A stretch of DNA of 64,000 nt from Vicugna vicugna (Eukaryota), in the NCBI GenBank assembly GCA_013265495.1, contig MU058844.1, forward strand, positions 1,432,941 through 1,496,940, given 5' to 3'. Within the stretch, counting starts at the first letter, position 1, and every line of letters begins with the position of its first letter. The notes under the pieces were generated by a model that ran no database searches, was not told where the DNA came from, and saw only the letters and a program-made list of their open reading frames with translations. Shown here one piece after another: positions 50,160 to 62,700 of this stretch. The position numbers and the translations under genes are program-made.

Positions 50160-51142
50160 CAGCAGTTTCAGTTACCTGTGGTCAACCGCAGTTTGAACAT
50201 TTTAATTGGAAATGTTGAGAAAGAGACAATTCATAAGTTTTAAACTGTGCACTGCTGATCAGAGTTGAGTGATGCAATCTCACGCTGGCATGTTCCATCC
50301 TGCCCAGGCTATGAGTCATCCCTTTGTCCAGGACATCCCACAGGTTAGTCACTTAGTAGGGCATCCTGGTTATCAGATCTACTGTTATGTTCAAGTAGCT
50401 TTTATTTTACTTAATAATGGTCCTGAAGCACAAGAGTAGTGATGCCATCCAGGTATGCCAAAGAGACGCAAAATAGAGCAGGTGAAAGGGAATGGAGCGT
50501 CACAATGCGGGTGGGACAGTACTGTCTCACATAGTCACCAAGGAAAGCTTCTCTGCCCATGTGACGTTTGAGCAGAGAGTGAGGAAGTGAGATGTGTGGC
50601 AACCTGGGCTAGAAGTTTTCATTGTAGAGGGAAGAAAAAATTCAAAGGCTTTGAGGCAGGCTTTTGCTCATTCAGTGAAAAGGTGGAAGTTCTCAACTTA
50701 AGGGAAGAAAAAAAATCCTACACTGAAGTTGCTAAGGTCTGCCTTAAAAACAAATCTTCTTTCTGTGAAATCATGACGAAGAAAAGTGAAATCTGTGCTA
50801 GTTTTGCTGTAGAACCTCAAACTACAAAAGTTACGGCCACAGCGTGTGATAAGTGCATAGTTAAGATGGAAAAGGAAAAGAAAATACGTTCAATAAGACA
50901 TTTTATGAGAGAGAGACACACCATGTGCATAGCTTTTATTATGGTGTGTTGTTATAATTGTCCTGTCTTATTGTTAGTTATTGTTGTTAATCTCTTACTG
51001 TGCCTGATTTATAAATTAAACTTTATCACAGGTATGTGTGTATAGGAACAACACAGTAAATAGAGGGTTTGGTTCTATCCATGGTTTATGCATCCAGCCA
51101 GGGTCTCGGAACATGTTACCTGTGGATAAGGGGGAGTCACTG
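50160..51142 (+). mobile_element. MER44 (C/D-like) Tigger7 derivative carrying the transposase N-terminus; left TIR lost
   Basis: 'tttcagttacctgtggtcaaccgc', 'atggtcctgaagcacaagagtagtgatgc'. ORF 50587-51045 includes SEKVEVLNLREEKKSYTEVAK...ASFAVEPQTTKVTAT..DKCIVKMEK (pogo/CENP-B-type HTH region). Right end 'ggataagggggagtcactg|ta'. Confidence 0.9.
50470..50664 (-). mobile_element. Internal L2a fragment embedded in MER44
   Basis: 'aaatagagcagg...ggaaagcttctctgcccatgtgacgtttgagcagag...gtagagggaag...caaaggctttgaggcagg', homologous to the antisense L2 at ~12400-12580. Confidence 0.7.
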
Positions 51143-53219
51143 TAGTGGCAACAAATGAGATAATACGTTCCAGATACTCACATTATTTGGCATAGACTCT
51201 AAGCAGTGTAATCACAGTTTATTGTCCTCTGCAGGCCACAATCATTCTTTTATTTGTTCAGTAAACATTGAGCGACCATGATGGCCTGGGCACCATGGGG
51301 GGGCGGCATTAGTATTTGTGACGGGACTGTTTTGGAAATGCAGTGCCTCATTCATTGGAGTGACGTCAGTGGTGGGCGCCTTAGGCACCTTGGCAGCCGG
51401 GCTTCTTGGCTCCTCTCAAATCACATTAACTCAGTGGCCATTGACTCTGCTTATCTGAAGGGCTGGTCTCACTTGTAACACATTAGAAAAAAGCCACAGA
51501 GTTTGACTCCATTGTGAAAAAAAGGGGAAAATGCCTCGTCTGGGGTTAAATTCTTTCACATGTAGGAGATGCCATTTTTCTGACCTGGAATATAAATATG
51601 AAATGGAACTTGGCTGTCGTAAAATTCGGCTTCAAAAGAGAAATTTATTTTAGTTTCTGTGATGGGATTGGGATAATGTCTTTATTATTATTGTTGTTGT
51701 TGTTGTTAGTTTGTTTAAATAATTGGGTTTCCCTTTAGCCCATTTCTAGGCCATTAGAGAGGCAGTTTTTTGGTCAGGAGGACTGCTACACTTTTTTTTT
51801 CTAATACAACTTTGGCTTTTTATTTCATACAGAATGATCGTCATCTGCAGGCACTTCTTTGTGGAGAGCCCCCCTGACTCTAGAATAGCCAGTTTATAGT
51901 AATGGGCACAAGTCAGGGGACTCAGAGCTAAAATGAACAGGATTTTTTTTTTAGATCTAATGAAGACTCTCTGTCAGGCCCCATTTGGATCTAGTTAATG
52001 AGGGTTGGATTGAATTTGCCATCTTCAGAATATTGTAAGGTCTTTCGGGCCAGTAAACAATTTCCCTTATTTTTCTGTCCAGAAATGAGGGTGAGGTTGA
52101 ATTGTCAGGGGAAGCATTTGTGTGTCACAAGTCATCAGGAGTCCTGCATTTGGTGGATGACTTGCAGGTCATCTTAGATAGGCCCTTTAATCTTCCTGTG
52201 TTTTCCTTTCTCCGTCTGTGAAGGCATGATAAAACACGCCCTGGGCTTCTAAGGAAGGCGCTGTTAGGAAGGATGCAGAAGGTATGTTACTTGAGACGCT
52301 TTTGCAAAAGAACTTTGGATCACTGTTTGCTAGAGATTATGATCTTAAGGTGGTACAGTAGCTTTGCGGCAAGTTAGTTTGAGTCAGAGTCCTTGCCAAG
52401 GAAATATCAAATCTGAAGGAAGGGAGGGTCATTCCTGGTAGTTCATGAATTTGGAACTGACCTCTGACATGTGCTTGCTTGTTCGTGCTTTTGTTTCATG
52501 GTGAGAATAGCCTTTGAGAGGCCAAATTAAACCTGCCCACAGTGAAAAAAGGCAAATTCTTTGCTCAGTTTCTGACTGTAAATCACCAGTAACATCTTGG
52601 CAGCTTTGTTCTGTTGCTTTGGGGGAACTTTTCATGCCTGTGAGTCAAATCAGTAGAACCCCTTATTTTCTGTCACCTTCTTACTTCCCTGCCCTTCGTC
52701 TCCTCCCTCCTCCACCCCCTTGAAAGGACTAGGAAAGACCTGCAGCTTTCGTCTTGTGAATTTCCCATTGGCAGTGCCCCAACTCTCAGAATCGTTCTGT
52801 TTCCCCAAAGGGGATCACCAGATGCTCAGTCTGTGATCAATGAGCAGTGTGCTATTCGGCTTTGCCTGGGCTTGCCCACGTGTCCTCGCAGACATGTAAA
52901 CAGAGGCGCAACAACTTTGCCCCGGGTGGTGGGCAGGACCTCAAGTCAAGTAACAAAGCCAGACAGAGGCAGGAAACGGTTGCTCCTTCCTCTGCAGGGC
53001 TCATACTTGCAGGAGGATGGGTTTTCTCGGTATGAGTTCCAGGGCGTTAGATGGTGGTGTTTGAACAATGACAGTGGTCCCTCGGGGTAAACAGCCGCCT
53101 TCTAAGAGCTGTGACCTTTCATCAATCTGTGTTACTCCCCACGCTTAAAAAATTCGTAGCCATTTCTTATCTTGCAGTATCGTGGGGAAATACAGAGTCA
53201 TGTGGTTAGACTTTAAAGC

Positions 53220-54200
53220 AACAGTTATATTCACTTTGTATTGTTTATGTCAGCCAAAAACTGGAGTGGACCTGAATGTCTTACAAGAAGAATTTGATTA
53301 AATAGATCATGATGTTTATCTGTGGGTCTCCCTGCCAGATATATCTATTTCTACCATTTAAAATGAAGGTGTAAAACAGTGGGTTTTTGATTTTAGATTG
53401 TTAATATCTTTAGAAAGCTTGGTGAAAGTGATCAACCACCTCCCCAGAAAAATGCCTACCTGCTAATATAAAGAACTTAGTAGAAATAATATTGAATAAT
53501 TTTGACATATGGAGTAGTGGAACAAGCAGCTTAGAAAAAGAGTAAAATCTCATTTTTGTTTTAAAAAAAATCCACCTATGTTTGTATTAGGAGGAAAACA
53601 TTTTTCTCAACCCTCTTAGGATACCTGGCTGGATCTGAAAATTCAACTGACAAAGACAGATGAGTGGCAGAAAAGCTACACATTTATTTAAGTTTTACAT
53701 TACATAGGAGCCTTCATAAGGATATGAAGACCCAAACAAACAAACAAACAAGTATTTTCTGCTAGCTTTGATGAAGAGAACAGGGTAAATTAAAGGGTAG
53801 GAGGTAAGTGTGCTAACCTGGGGAAAACTTAGCAGAGCCTGTTTGTTAGGATTCTTCTTCGTGTTCCTTCATCTTCAGAGGTAAGGATGCTCCTTTCCTC
53901 TGGGTATAGGGAGGGCATCTTTCACAGGAGGATTTTATGGCCCATTTTGGGGGAGAAAGGTGAAGAGGGAAGAGGTCAGAATGACCTTCCGGCTTCTGCT
54001 GTTTTCTCAAACTCCTTCAACATGACAAGGTGCTGCAGAAAAGGCTTTGAAAGGCTGAACATGAAGATGCTTAACAGCTTCTCTGGAGGATGAGGATATA
54101 GTCTGTGTGCTTGTGTGTATCTCTGCCTTGCGAGAACTATACACAAATTGCTGTTATAAGAATATGCCACATGTTTGTTTAAATTAAAAAAAAAGTTGTA
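53220..54200 (+). mobile_element. Old L1ME-like 3' fragments (53220-53583 and 54037-54200) interrupted by a small hAT piece and an LTR
   Basis: 'gtattgtttatgtcagccaaaaactgga', 'gtaaaatctcatttttgttttaaaa', 'gaaaaggctttgaaagg...ttaacagc'; 'ctccccagaaaaatgc' (~53380-53460) is MER103-like. Confidence 0.55.
53584..54036 (-). mobile_element. ERV1-class LTR (MER41-group-like)
   Basis: 'aactgacaaagacagat...agaaaagctacacatttatt...ggagccttcataagga..tgaagacccaaa...ggtcagaatgaccttccggcttctgctgttttctcaa'. Confidence 0.65.
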
Positions 54201-54689
54201 ACCTTTTTTTAGCATGTATGTTAGAAACCTGGGGACATTTTTAGCTCTCATCTTTGTTCATCAGATGATGAAATACTAGACTGGAGGGACATTAGGATGA
54301 AGGGACACTATTTCTGAATGACATTTAATTAGGTCCAGGTAAGAAGGTACCAGATTGACAAATTTCTTTTCAACATGAAATACACAGATAAAACATATTT
54401 AGAAGATTCAGATGAATCAGAACTAATTCAAAAATTAGTGACCAAGAAAAGCCAGTCTATAGGTAAACTTTAACTTGATGTCAACAGCATTTCCCCTCCT
54501 GGGATGGCCTTGGGTACCCATGGCAACTCAATATTTTAGGAGATTAGGAATCTGACATTCCTATTTTTTCTGTCTTTGGAGGCATCCGGGAGAACTTGTT
54601 CCACCTTTGCTGAACTTGCTGTCACAACTTGAAGGTGAAGTTTGCATATCCCCTATTCACTGGCAAGTTTCTTTAAAGAAAGAGAAATT

Positions 54690-55235
54690 AGTTTGGAGGC
54701 TGCAGGGCTACCTACTTGGCATCCATGCCCCCTTTCTTGGGTAGCAAGGCACCCTCATCTTCCTTTGGAGGGGACATTTTCTATTCTCAGTTGCTGCAGC
54801 TTTCGGGAGGCAGGCATTGTCCTGGTGCTCCAGGAAGAACACATGACCTGGGCCTGGTCACTTAGCGCTGTCTTTCTCTGAGACCTCAGCGATGGGATCA
54901 GGGGTAGGCACGTGATCCCATCCCATTGATGAGATTATAAAGAAAGACCTCTTGATAGAGATTTCTACACAGAGGTTTCTCAGCTGGGAGGATAAAAGCC
55001 TAAAATTGTGGAACAATCCTGTGGAAGAATGAAAGCAAGACAGCACAGCAGAGCCACAAGGTGGAAGATGGCAGGAAGGGGTCAAGGTTGGCCATCAAGT
55101 CCTGGGGCTTCATTTGATCCATGTCTGCCTGAACCACTGGAGTTTTCAATGGTGTGTGACAGTAATTTCCTTCTTTAATTTAAGCCAGTTTGCATTAGAG
55201 CTATTTCACTTATAGCTGATTGGGTCCTGATTAAT
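54690..55235 (+). mobile_element. MLT1K-like LTR
   Basis: 'acacatgacctgggcctggtca', 'ggcacgtgatccca', 3' end 'tttaagccagtttgcattagag...cacttatagc...gtcctgattaata'. Confidence 0.7.
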
Positions 55236-55254
55236 ATGCTGGTTTAATAATAAC

Positions 55255-55450
55255 AATTATAATAATACTTATTGAGCACTCCTCAAATAGCAGACCTTGT
55301 GTCAATCCTTTATATGCCTTCTCTTATTTAATTCTTACATTAGTTCTTTTTAAGAAAGGAAACTAAGACTCAGAAAGATCCCTCAGCCGGTAACAGATCC
55401 AGATTCAAACACAGATGTGTCTAAAGCCCAACATCCTTAACAAACATGCT
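55255..55450 (-). mobile_element. MIR SINE
   Basis: 'acttattgagcact...ctcttatttaattctt...ggaaactaagactcagaaag'. Confidence 0.7.
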
Positions 55451-56829
55451 ATCAACTTGGCAGCAATACTTGATGACAGTTAGGCCCGACAGCTGGTGGA
55501 TTAGCTGGTGTTCATTTTTACAAAGGGAGGAGCTAAGGATAGTAAATGAGTATTTAATAACCATGGCCAGTTTTAGGGGTTAAACCTTCCTCCCCCTCAG
55601 TGGAGAGGCCCGTGGCCCCTGTTGTTATTCGTTTTGTTTTCTGATTACCAGGCAAAGTTTGACAGAAGAATCTCGACTGTCTTCATCTTATAACCAGAGT
55701 CGCAGAAACTCACTGACTGATAGGTGCATATTCTACAATTGCTCTGGGGCTTCTTAGGCTACACACAAGCAGACGTGGATTTAAAGCGAGGGCCCTTTAA
55801 GAATCCAGGAGGAGCTATATACCCCTTTGGTGGCATGTAAGGATTTTATCAGCTCTGCACCGCTCCATTCTCAGGTAGAGTTTGCTTACACTTTACATAA
55901 CAGAAGACTTCTCTCTTAAAGTTTGAAGAAAACAAGGTAAACATATGCCTGGGAAGCACCAAGTATGGTTTTGCTTGTGGCTCTGAGGTTCACGTTGTAC
56001 TCATAACATCCTGTTCTTCTCTGCTGGCTGTGATGTGGTAGATAGCGGTCCCTCCCCGACGGCTGTTAACAGCTGAGCTCATTTTTCATAAGGATGCTGC
56101 TGTGTGAGACCGAGGAAATGGGCCACTGCCGCCTCCCTCTTTGTTACTCTTACAGTTAAGGATGGGTCTTCCCAGCTGCTTTGAGAATGCCCTTTCCATC
56201 TTCTCTAAAATTAGGTCTTGAATTCCTTTGGGATGTGTGGCAAACTTAAACCTTTACTGGAAGCCCAGAGAGTATTAGTGACTGGGAAATAAGTCTCACA
56301 AAAAAAAAAAAAAGTTCACTTGTTTAGCATAGGCAAAATCTGCTCTGTTGAACTCAGCAGCTGTAGAGTCAGGAAAGGAAGTGGCTGTTGGGGAAAGGTG
56401 TGATAACTGAGACTGAGAAAAAGCAGCGTAAGTGAAGTCATCATAGGGACTGGGATTTCTGACTTCTGATCCTCCCTTCAGTAGGGGACTGAAGGGCTGA
56501 GAGATGACTTTTTGTACAATATATTTATCGACTTCCAAATGATCTTGTGCCTAAAAATCACATCTATTGCAAAGACATAAATGGAATAAGGGATAAAATC
56601 TCACTTCTGTGGTCAACGAGCTGCCTCAAAATTAGTTCACTGCATTTGGAGATTCTGAAGGCATAACTAGAAAAGGAATGACTTCTTCTGGTCGATTACA
56701 AAGGAAAGTATTTCCCTTCTGTCCTTGCAAAGTCACCGTTTAGGAGACAGACAACACAGTGGGGTGTGTTTACTTAGATGACCTTTGTTAGACAGTGTAA
56801 TGTGCATCCATCCTCTGACTGTCCTTCTC

Positions 56830-57130
56830 ATTGAGCAGTTCCAAAACTGGCCTCATCACTGGAATCATGAGATGCTTTGGAAAGAATAGAAAGATCCTTT
56901 GTCAAACTGAGACCTACTGAGTAGAAACACATAAGAACAAGGCCATCTGTAATTATACTTAGGTGATTTTTTTTTTCTGGTGGGGGAGGTAATTAGGCTT
57001 ATTTATTTATTCTTAGAGGAGGTACTGGGGATTGAACCCAGGACCTCATGCATGCTAAGCGTGTGCTCTACCACTTGAGCTATACCCTCCCCCCCTATTC
57101 TTATAATCAACCAGAGAGCCATCACTCTAG
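56830..57130. mobile_element. MER5-like hAT fragment interrupted by the SINE
   Basis: 'ggaatcatgagatgcttt...agacctactgagtagaa...aggtgatt|SINE|attcttataatca'. Confidence 0.5.
56967..57095 (-). mobile_element. tRNA-Ala-derived camelid SINE (vic-1-like)
   Basis: Reverse complement: GGGGAGGGTATAGCTCAAGTGGTAGAGCACACGCTTAGCATGCATGAGGTCCTGGGTTCAATCCCCAGTACCTCC-TCTAAGAATAAATAAATAAGCCTAATTACCTCCCCCACC-polyA. Pol III A box at 57071-57082, B box at 57028-57038. Confidence 0.85.
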
Positions 57131-57654
57131 TCTTCTCTCATTAGGATGGATAAATCAATCAGATTAGCAACTTGCCATTTGAAATCTGTAGACATGACCT
57201 ACAGGCCAGGCCAGCGTTCAATTAGGGGTGGAGGGTAGGGAATGGAAGGTGAAGATTAGCGAGATATGGCAGAAGTAAGGCAGGGCTGATGTAGGCAGCT
57301 TGGAAGCATCATACACGAAGTCCTTGTATCAAGTATAGAGGATTCTTGAGATGGTTGGTTGTCTGGACGGGTTTTGAAGATTGGTTTGTTAAAAGAATAA
57401 AAAGTAGCAAAGCCCACTTGGCCTCCTTCAAGTAAAAACAAAAATCTTGTGTCTGTCTGGCTATAGGGTCCAACATTTTTATGCTATTCTTCATAATCAG
57501 GAATCAGAGATATGTATTAAAACCCCATTCCTTCCAAACAGAGACATGAAACAGAAGAAATCTAAATATAGTCATTTCAATGCAACAGACATGTAGATGG
57601 TATGTTAGTTAGTATCCCTTTTCTACCTGGGAGAGGACATCACATGCCCATTTA

Positions 57655-58065
57655 CTCATTCAGTCATTTCGTTCACCATCAATTATTGAGCAAAACCCAT
57701 ACTCTTGCCTGGTGGCAGAGGATGGGGAAATGAATACATAAAACTTGGTCTCTGCCCTCTAGATGGTCACAGTTCCGAGGGCATGTAAGAAGACTGAATG
57801 ATTAGCTGTCCCTGGGCAGGAGAAAAAGGTATATCAGGGAAATTTTAGAGAAGGAGATGCCTGCGCAAGGTGTTTAAGAATGAAAGGGAGACTCACCCAG
57901 AAAATGGACCCAGTCCATAGCTTGAACAAAGGCAAAATGGCCTGGTGGGTCTGGAGAAGTCTATGTGATTTGCTGTCATAGTGTGAGAGGGAAAATAGTG
58001 GACATGATCTGGTGGTTTGGAATTGGAATCATGCAAGGTCTTGAATGTCCATGTTTCTGTTTTAA
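57655..58065 (-). mobile_element. L2 3' region
   Basis: 'ctcattcagtcattt...ttattgagca...tggtctctgccctctagatggtcacagt...atgcaaggtcttgaatg'. Confidence 0.75.
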
Positions 58066-58929
58066 GGAAAGAACTTGGCACAACCCAACCATGTGAAGAA
58101 TTTATAAACATGCAGCAGAAGAGAACAGAAGCTGCCCAAAGGCCCGGGTGAGTCTTTGTGAACTCTTGCTTTCATTGTGTATATAACTTGGGATTGGGGT
58201 TGGAAGAATCTACCTTTCAGAGAAGCTGGATATATTAATATGGTAATTCACAACTTATAGAGAATTGGTATGTATTTTCCTTAGCTGCAGAATGTTTTTT
58301 AAAAAAATGAAAACCACTTCTAGCTTCAATTTTAAAAAGCTTTAACTTGAGGGACCATTAGTCATGAAGGTGTTTTCATAGCAAATGTGTGTGGGACGTC
58401 CTAGCTTTGTTGGCACTGGTTCAAGAGAACTTATATTATTAAATCTGGACAAGGCCGGGCATGATGGAGGAAAAAATTCATGGCACTGTTCCCATAGCAT
58501 GAGGTCTCCATTTAAGGGCAAGATAAACGAAAGGCAAAGAGCAAGGAGAGAAAGTGCTGGAATGAAAACAAGTAACAAAGGGAAGATAAAAATGGAAATC
58601 CCAGTTCAGTGTGAATAATAGGAATGCAAATGGTGCTACTAAAATAGGAAGGAACATTACTTTTCAAAACGGCAAAGCAAAGGAAAATTGTAGTAGCAAA
58701 AGCATTTTGCATGGTAAAATTGTACACTGTGTATGCCTCTCAAGCAAAGCCACCTACTCTAATTTTTCCCAGCACGATGCTGTGAATTTGGTGAGTCATT
58801 TTTTGGAGGTTTACTACAAGTCCCAATCTGCATAATTTTTTTTGTATAATACATTTGGGTTAAATCTTCCTTTTCCCAGCAGCTACCTACTAATGCTCCT
58901 ATTTTATAGCTAAAATTTTTCACCTGGGC

Positions 58930-60752
58930 TACAAAATAAACCACTTTTTAAAAATTAATAACTTTATGGAATGATCTCTAGGATTTGTTATTAAGTTAAA
59001 AAAATCATGATGGCAAGAAGTGTTTATGGTATGCTCCTGTTTATCTAAGAAGAAGATAATCTGAATATAAATTTGCTTATATTAAAATACATCTCAGGAA
59101 AAAGTTATTTATGAGGGAGTGAGTGAGGAAACGAGGTGTAGGGGACAGGATTCGAAGTTAAATGTCTCTGAATATATTTTGTTTCTGTTTTATAATTCAA
59201 AAACATGTAAGTATTTTACATGATTTTAAAACAAAGTTAATCACGAGACGAAGCACTCTCTAAAAATTGAAAGCAAAATGGCACAAATGGACCTGAGTCT
59301 CAAATTAGTGGCCTAAAACAGAGAGAAATTATTTCAAGTGACTACTGTAGCTATACCGTAAGAAAAAAACTATCAAAAAATATTAAACTGTTTTTTCTAA
59401 TTTTTTTGTTAGTGATAGTATTGTTACTGTTTTATATTTTCTTTCTTTCTTTTTCTTTCTTTCTTTTTCTTTCTTTTCCTTCCTTCCTTCCTTCCTTCCT
59501 TCCTTCGTTTCTTTCTTTCCTTTCTTTCTTTCTTTCTATCTCCTTCCTTTCTCTCTTTCTTTCTTTCTCCTTTCTTTCTCTCTTTCTCACTGTTTTGTGT
59601 CCTATGGAATAAAACAAATGAGAAATTATGTTGTTGGGAATTAGATTTTTGGTGTGAAAGAAGGTAATTCTAATGTACGATCAGAGAGGTTAAGTAAAAA
59701 CCTTGCAGTTTTGAATTTATACTGTAATTGTCAATTGAAATTGTGATATACTTTAACACAAAAAATACAAATTCCTTAGCTCACAGAAAAGACCTGGAAT
59801 CAGTGACTAGCTCAGTAAAAATGAATGCCACTGTATTCATTAACTAGGTTCAAAACTTAGATTGTGATTTCTTAACACTATTCCCCTCTTAAAAAGAACC
59901 AGGGCTCCTTGGGAGAGAACTGAGTCCAGCTCTAGGGCAGGAAATACGTAACAAAGAGCCTGGAATAATTTACAAAACCAAAGAGTGGAGAAGCTATCAA
60001 TGACTTTTGGGGTTATGTGTAAAATACTCTGGGAGCCAACTAGGCAAGGCTTTCTGCAGCCAAAGATGGGCCAATTTGAGCATCAATAAAATAACTGCAA
60101 TGGACTGAAACACATCCATTATGTTTAAACTTATACTGATTCTAAAACATATACCCACACACACACATAGCACCAAAAAAATCCCCTCAACCCCCCCGCC
60201 CCAAACCATTTGTCCTCTTTAGAGGATACTAGGTAACCAAGTCATAAATTTGAAAGCTAAAAGTGAAGAGAAGCAATCCAATGTATAGCCTATCTTTTCT
60301 GTACACTACACCACTGAGTAACTAGATAGAAAATAGCTTCTGATTCAGAGCAAAATGATAATAAAAGTATTAGACAACTGGGGAAATGTGAGCACAGATT
60401 GTATAGTTAGTAATATTGTGGACTTACTGTTAATTATCTTTAGTTATGATAACGAATTTTCATTGTGTTTAAGAAAAAGTTATCTCTGAAATAAATATGT
60501 ATATCTATCTGATATTTATGCATATATAATTATACATATAACATATACATTTACAGATAAAATGTCGTGATGTTTTAGTTTTAGTGCTAAATAATCCAGT
60601 GGATGTGAGGGTGAGGAGCATTGGATGGGGGTATAAATAGAATAAAGTTGACCATGAGTTGAAAATTGTTGAACCTGAATCATGTGGGCTTATTATATTA
60701 TACTTTTTCTTTTGTATATATTTGAAATTTTCCATGTAAATGTTTTTAAAAA
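58930..60752 (+). mobile_element. L1MC-like (L1MC3/4) long 3' UTR region
   Basis: 'tggaatgatctctaggat', 'aaaagaaccagggctccttggga', 'actgcaatggactgaaacacatc', ending 'tttgtatatatttgaaattttccatgtaaatgtttttaaaaaa'. Confidence 0.8.
59438..59590 (+). repeat. (TTTC)n/(TTCC)n microsatellite
   Basis: Direct inspection. Confidence 0.95.
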
Positions 60753-61299
60753 ATCAGTTGCTTTGCTTATCTTTTTTTGTAACCTGATAATCCTGCTTTC
60801 CAAAGTATTTTTATGCTCACAGGGTAAGTACTCAGTGAGTATTTGGTAACAGTCATGCTGCTGTTGGTGAAGGTGTCTCTCTAGGATTATTTAAGATTCT
60901 CAATGTGGATGAAAATTGGAGGATAGAGAATGAATTCTAAGTAATATTCAGGCTAGTTGGCGGGTAACTCCTTTTGGGCAGTCATGAGTTTTCAGACTAA
61001 AACATCTGATGTTTGGAGTTCTAAGGGAGACTTTGATCTTAAAGTGAAAGATATTGGTTCTCTTATCTAGGAGTGATACTTCCTTGAACCACAAGGAAAC
61101 AGTTTTTCCAACTCAGTTGCTCATGAAAAATTGACATGTTGTGCTCTCATGATTGATTAAATCCTCAGCTTCAGGAAAGACTCATCACTAATTATTTACC
61201 TTAAAGCAGAATAGCTCATGACTAGCTCTGTTCAGTAAGTATCTGTAGTTCTTTACCAGTAAGACCCATGCTTCAACACACTGCTGTCATCTTGAAGGT

Positions 61300-62700
61300 T
61301 TAGTCTGCATAATTTTTTAGTTGTGAAACATTTTCTGGTATTACTCCATTGATATTTTTCTCTCTTAGTTAATTTTGCTCTGAAACAATAATTCTTATCT
61401 ATGACCTTCTGGATTGATCCTGTGATTTGCCCCCCCCCCCAACTTCTGTCCTACTTTCCATCTCTATTATTTTGATCTAATTTCTGGGCAATTTCTGCTT
61501 TATACTCCTAACATTTTTATTTGTTTAAAAATTTCTATTCATGCAGAAAGGATCCTTTCTTATATTTCTGCCTGTTTCTTTTTTTTTTTAATAGCACTCT
61601 ATTCTTGTTTCATTTTTTCAAGGAGAAACAATTTTTTATATTTCTCTGAAAGTGTAATATTTTTGAAGTTTTCTCCTGCTCTTTGATTTACCTCTGTTAC
61701 CTACAAATTCTGTTAATTTATTATTGGGATTTTTTTTTTTTTTGCCTTTGCTTTTCATTTTGAAGTCTTTCTTCAAATATCTGGTGACCCTTGGCTGGCT
61801 ATTCACATTTAAGAATGAGGCTCTAAATAGCTGATTGAATGTTCTGTGCATGAGGCTGGGTCTTACTGACTTCTGGGCTTCTTGGTAACTAAGAGTAGAC
61901 CTGATTATTTGCTAGGAAACCCAAGTGTCATATTAAAAATGTTTCACCAGTGGTATGGCATGGGCATCATTCAATCAGTGAAAGTGCCAAGACACTCAGA
62001 ATCCACTTCAAGAATACAGTCTGTACAAACTGGATTCAACCTTGTCAGTGGGGGTCATTCTCTTGGATGGGATGGCTTCCACAGATAGAACTTTTCCAGT
62101 GTCCTGTCCAGAGTGGGATGGGGATGATAATGCTGCTGCCAGGGTTGGAGGAGTCCCAGAGTTCTTTATAAATACTGTCCTTTAATGTGTCAGCTGTGCT
62201 TCATGTGCCTGGTGGGTAGAGCTTCTCAGATTAAGTTTCTTCAGAATCTTTTACTCTCCTGTCTTTTTAAAATGGTTTGGAGATACTCACCTAGCTGTTG
62301 GAAGGGTAGGACATTTGGGGGTCTAACTGCTCCTTATTCAGACTTTCAAGATCCCTCTCTTCAGTTTTGCCCCTCACATTCATCATCATCCAGTTCCTAG
62401 AGTATTCTGGGTTTCTTCTGCAAATGGTCTTATTTCTTGTTAGCATCCCTCTCTTCAGGCATAAAGTTTAGCTTTCTCCAATCTGTTAAATCAGTTACCG
62501 CTTATCCAACTATTTTCCTTTCCTCTCTTTGTTTTATATATTTAATTTGCTATCATTTCCTCTTCAATTCTCTTTGTTGTTATTGGTCTATATGAGTGTG
62601 TCTATATGAGTATACCTAATTTCCTTTTTAATTTTTAGTAACATTTTAAGAAAATAAAATGAATATATGTATTTAATACACTATGTTTAACCAGAAGTTT
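61300..62700 (-). mobile_element. HAL1/old-L1 ORF1-region fragment
   Basis: 'gaccttctggattgatcc', 'cttcaaatatctggtgacccttggctggctattcacatttaagaatgaggc...gctgattg'. Confidence 0.65.

Noticed and set aside
50587..51045. 152-aa ORF as a gene or domesticated transposase
   Set aside because: It is a chimeric reading: it starts in the L2 insert, covers only the Tigger7 N-terminal HTH region, then runs into non-coding MER44 3' sequence. There is no DDD catalytic domain.
57015..57095. Functional tRNA-Ala gene
   Set aside because: It is followed by a SINE-specific tail and poly-A and sits inside another repeat, so a SINE is the better explanation.
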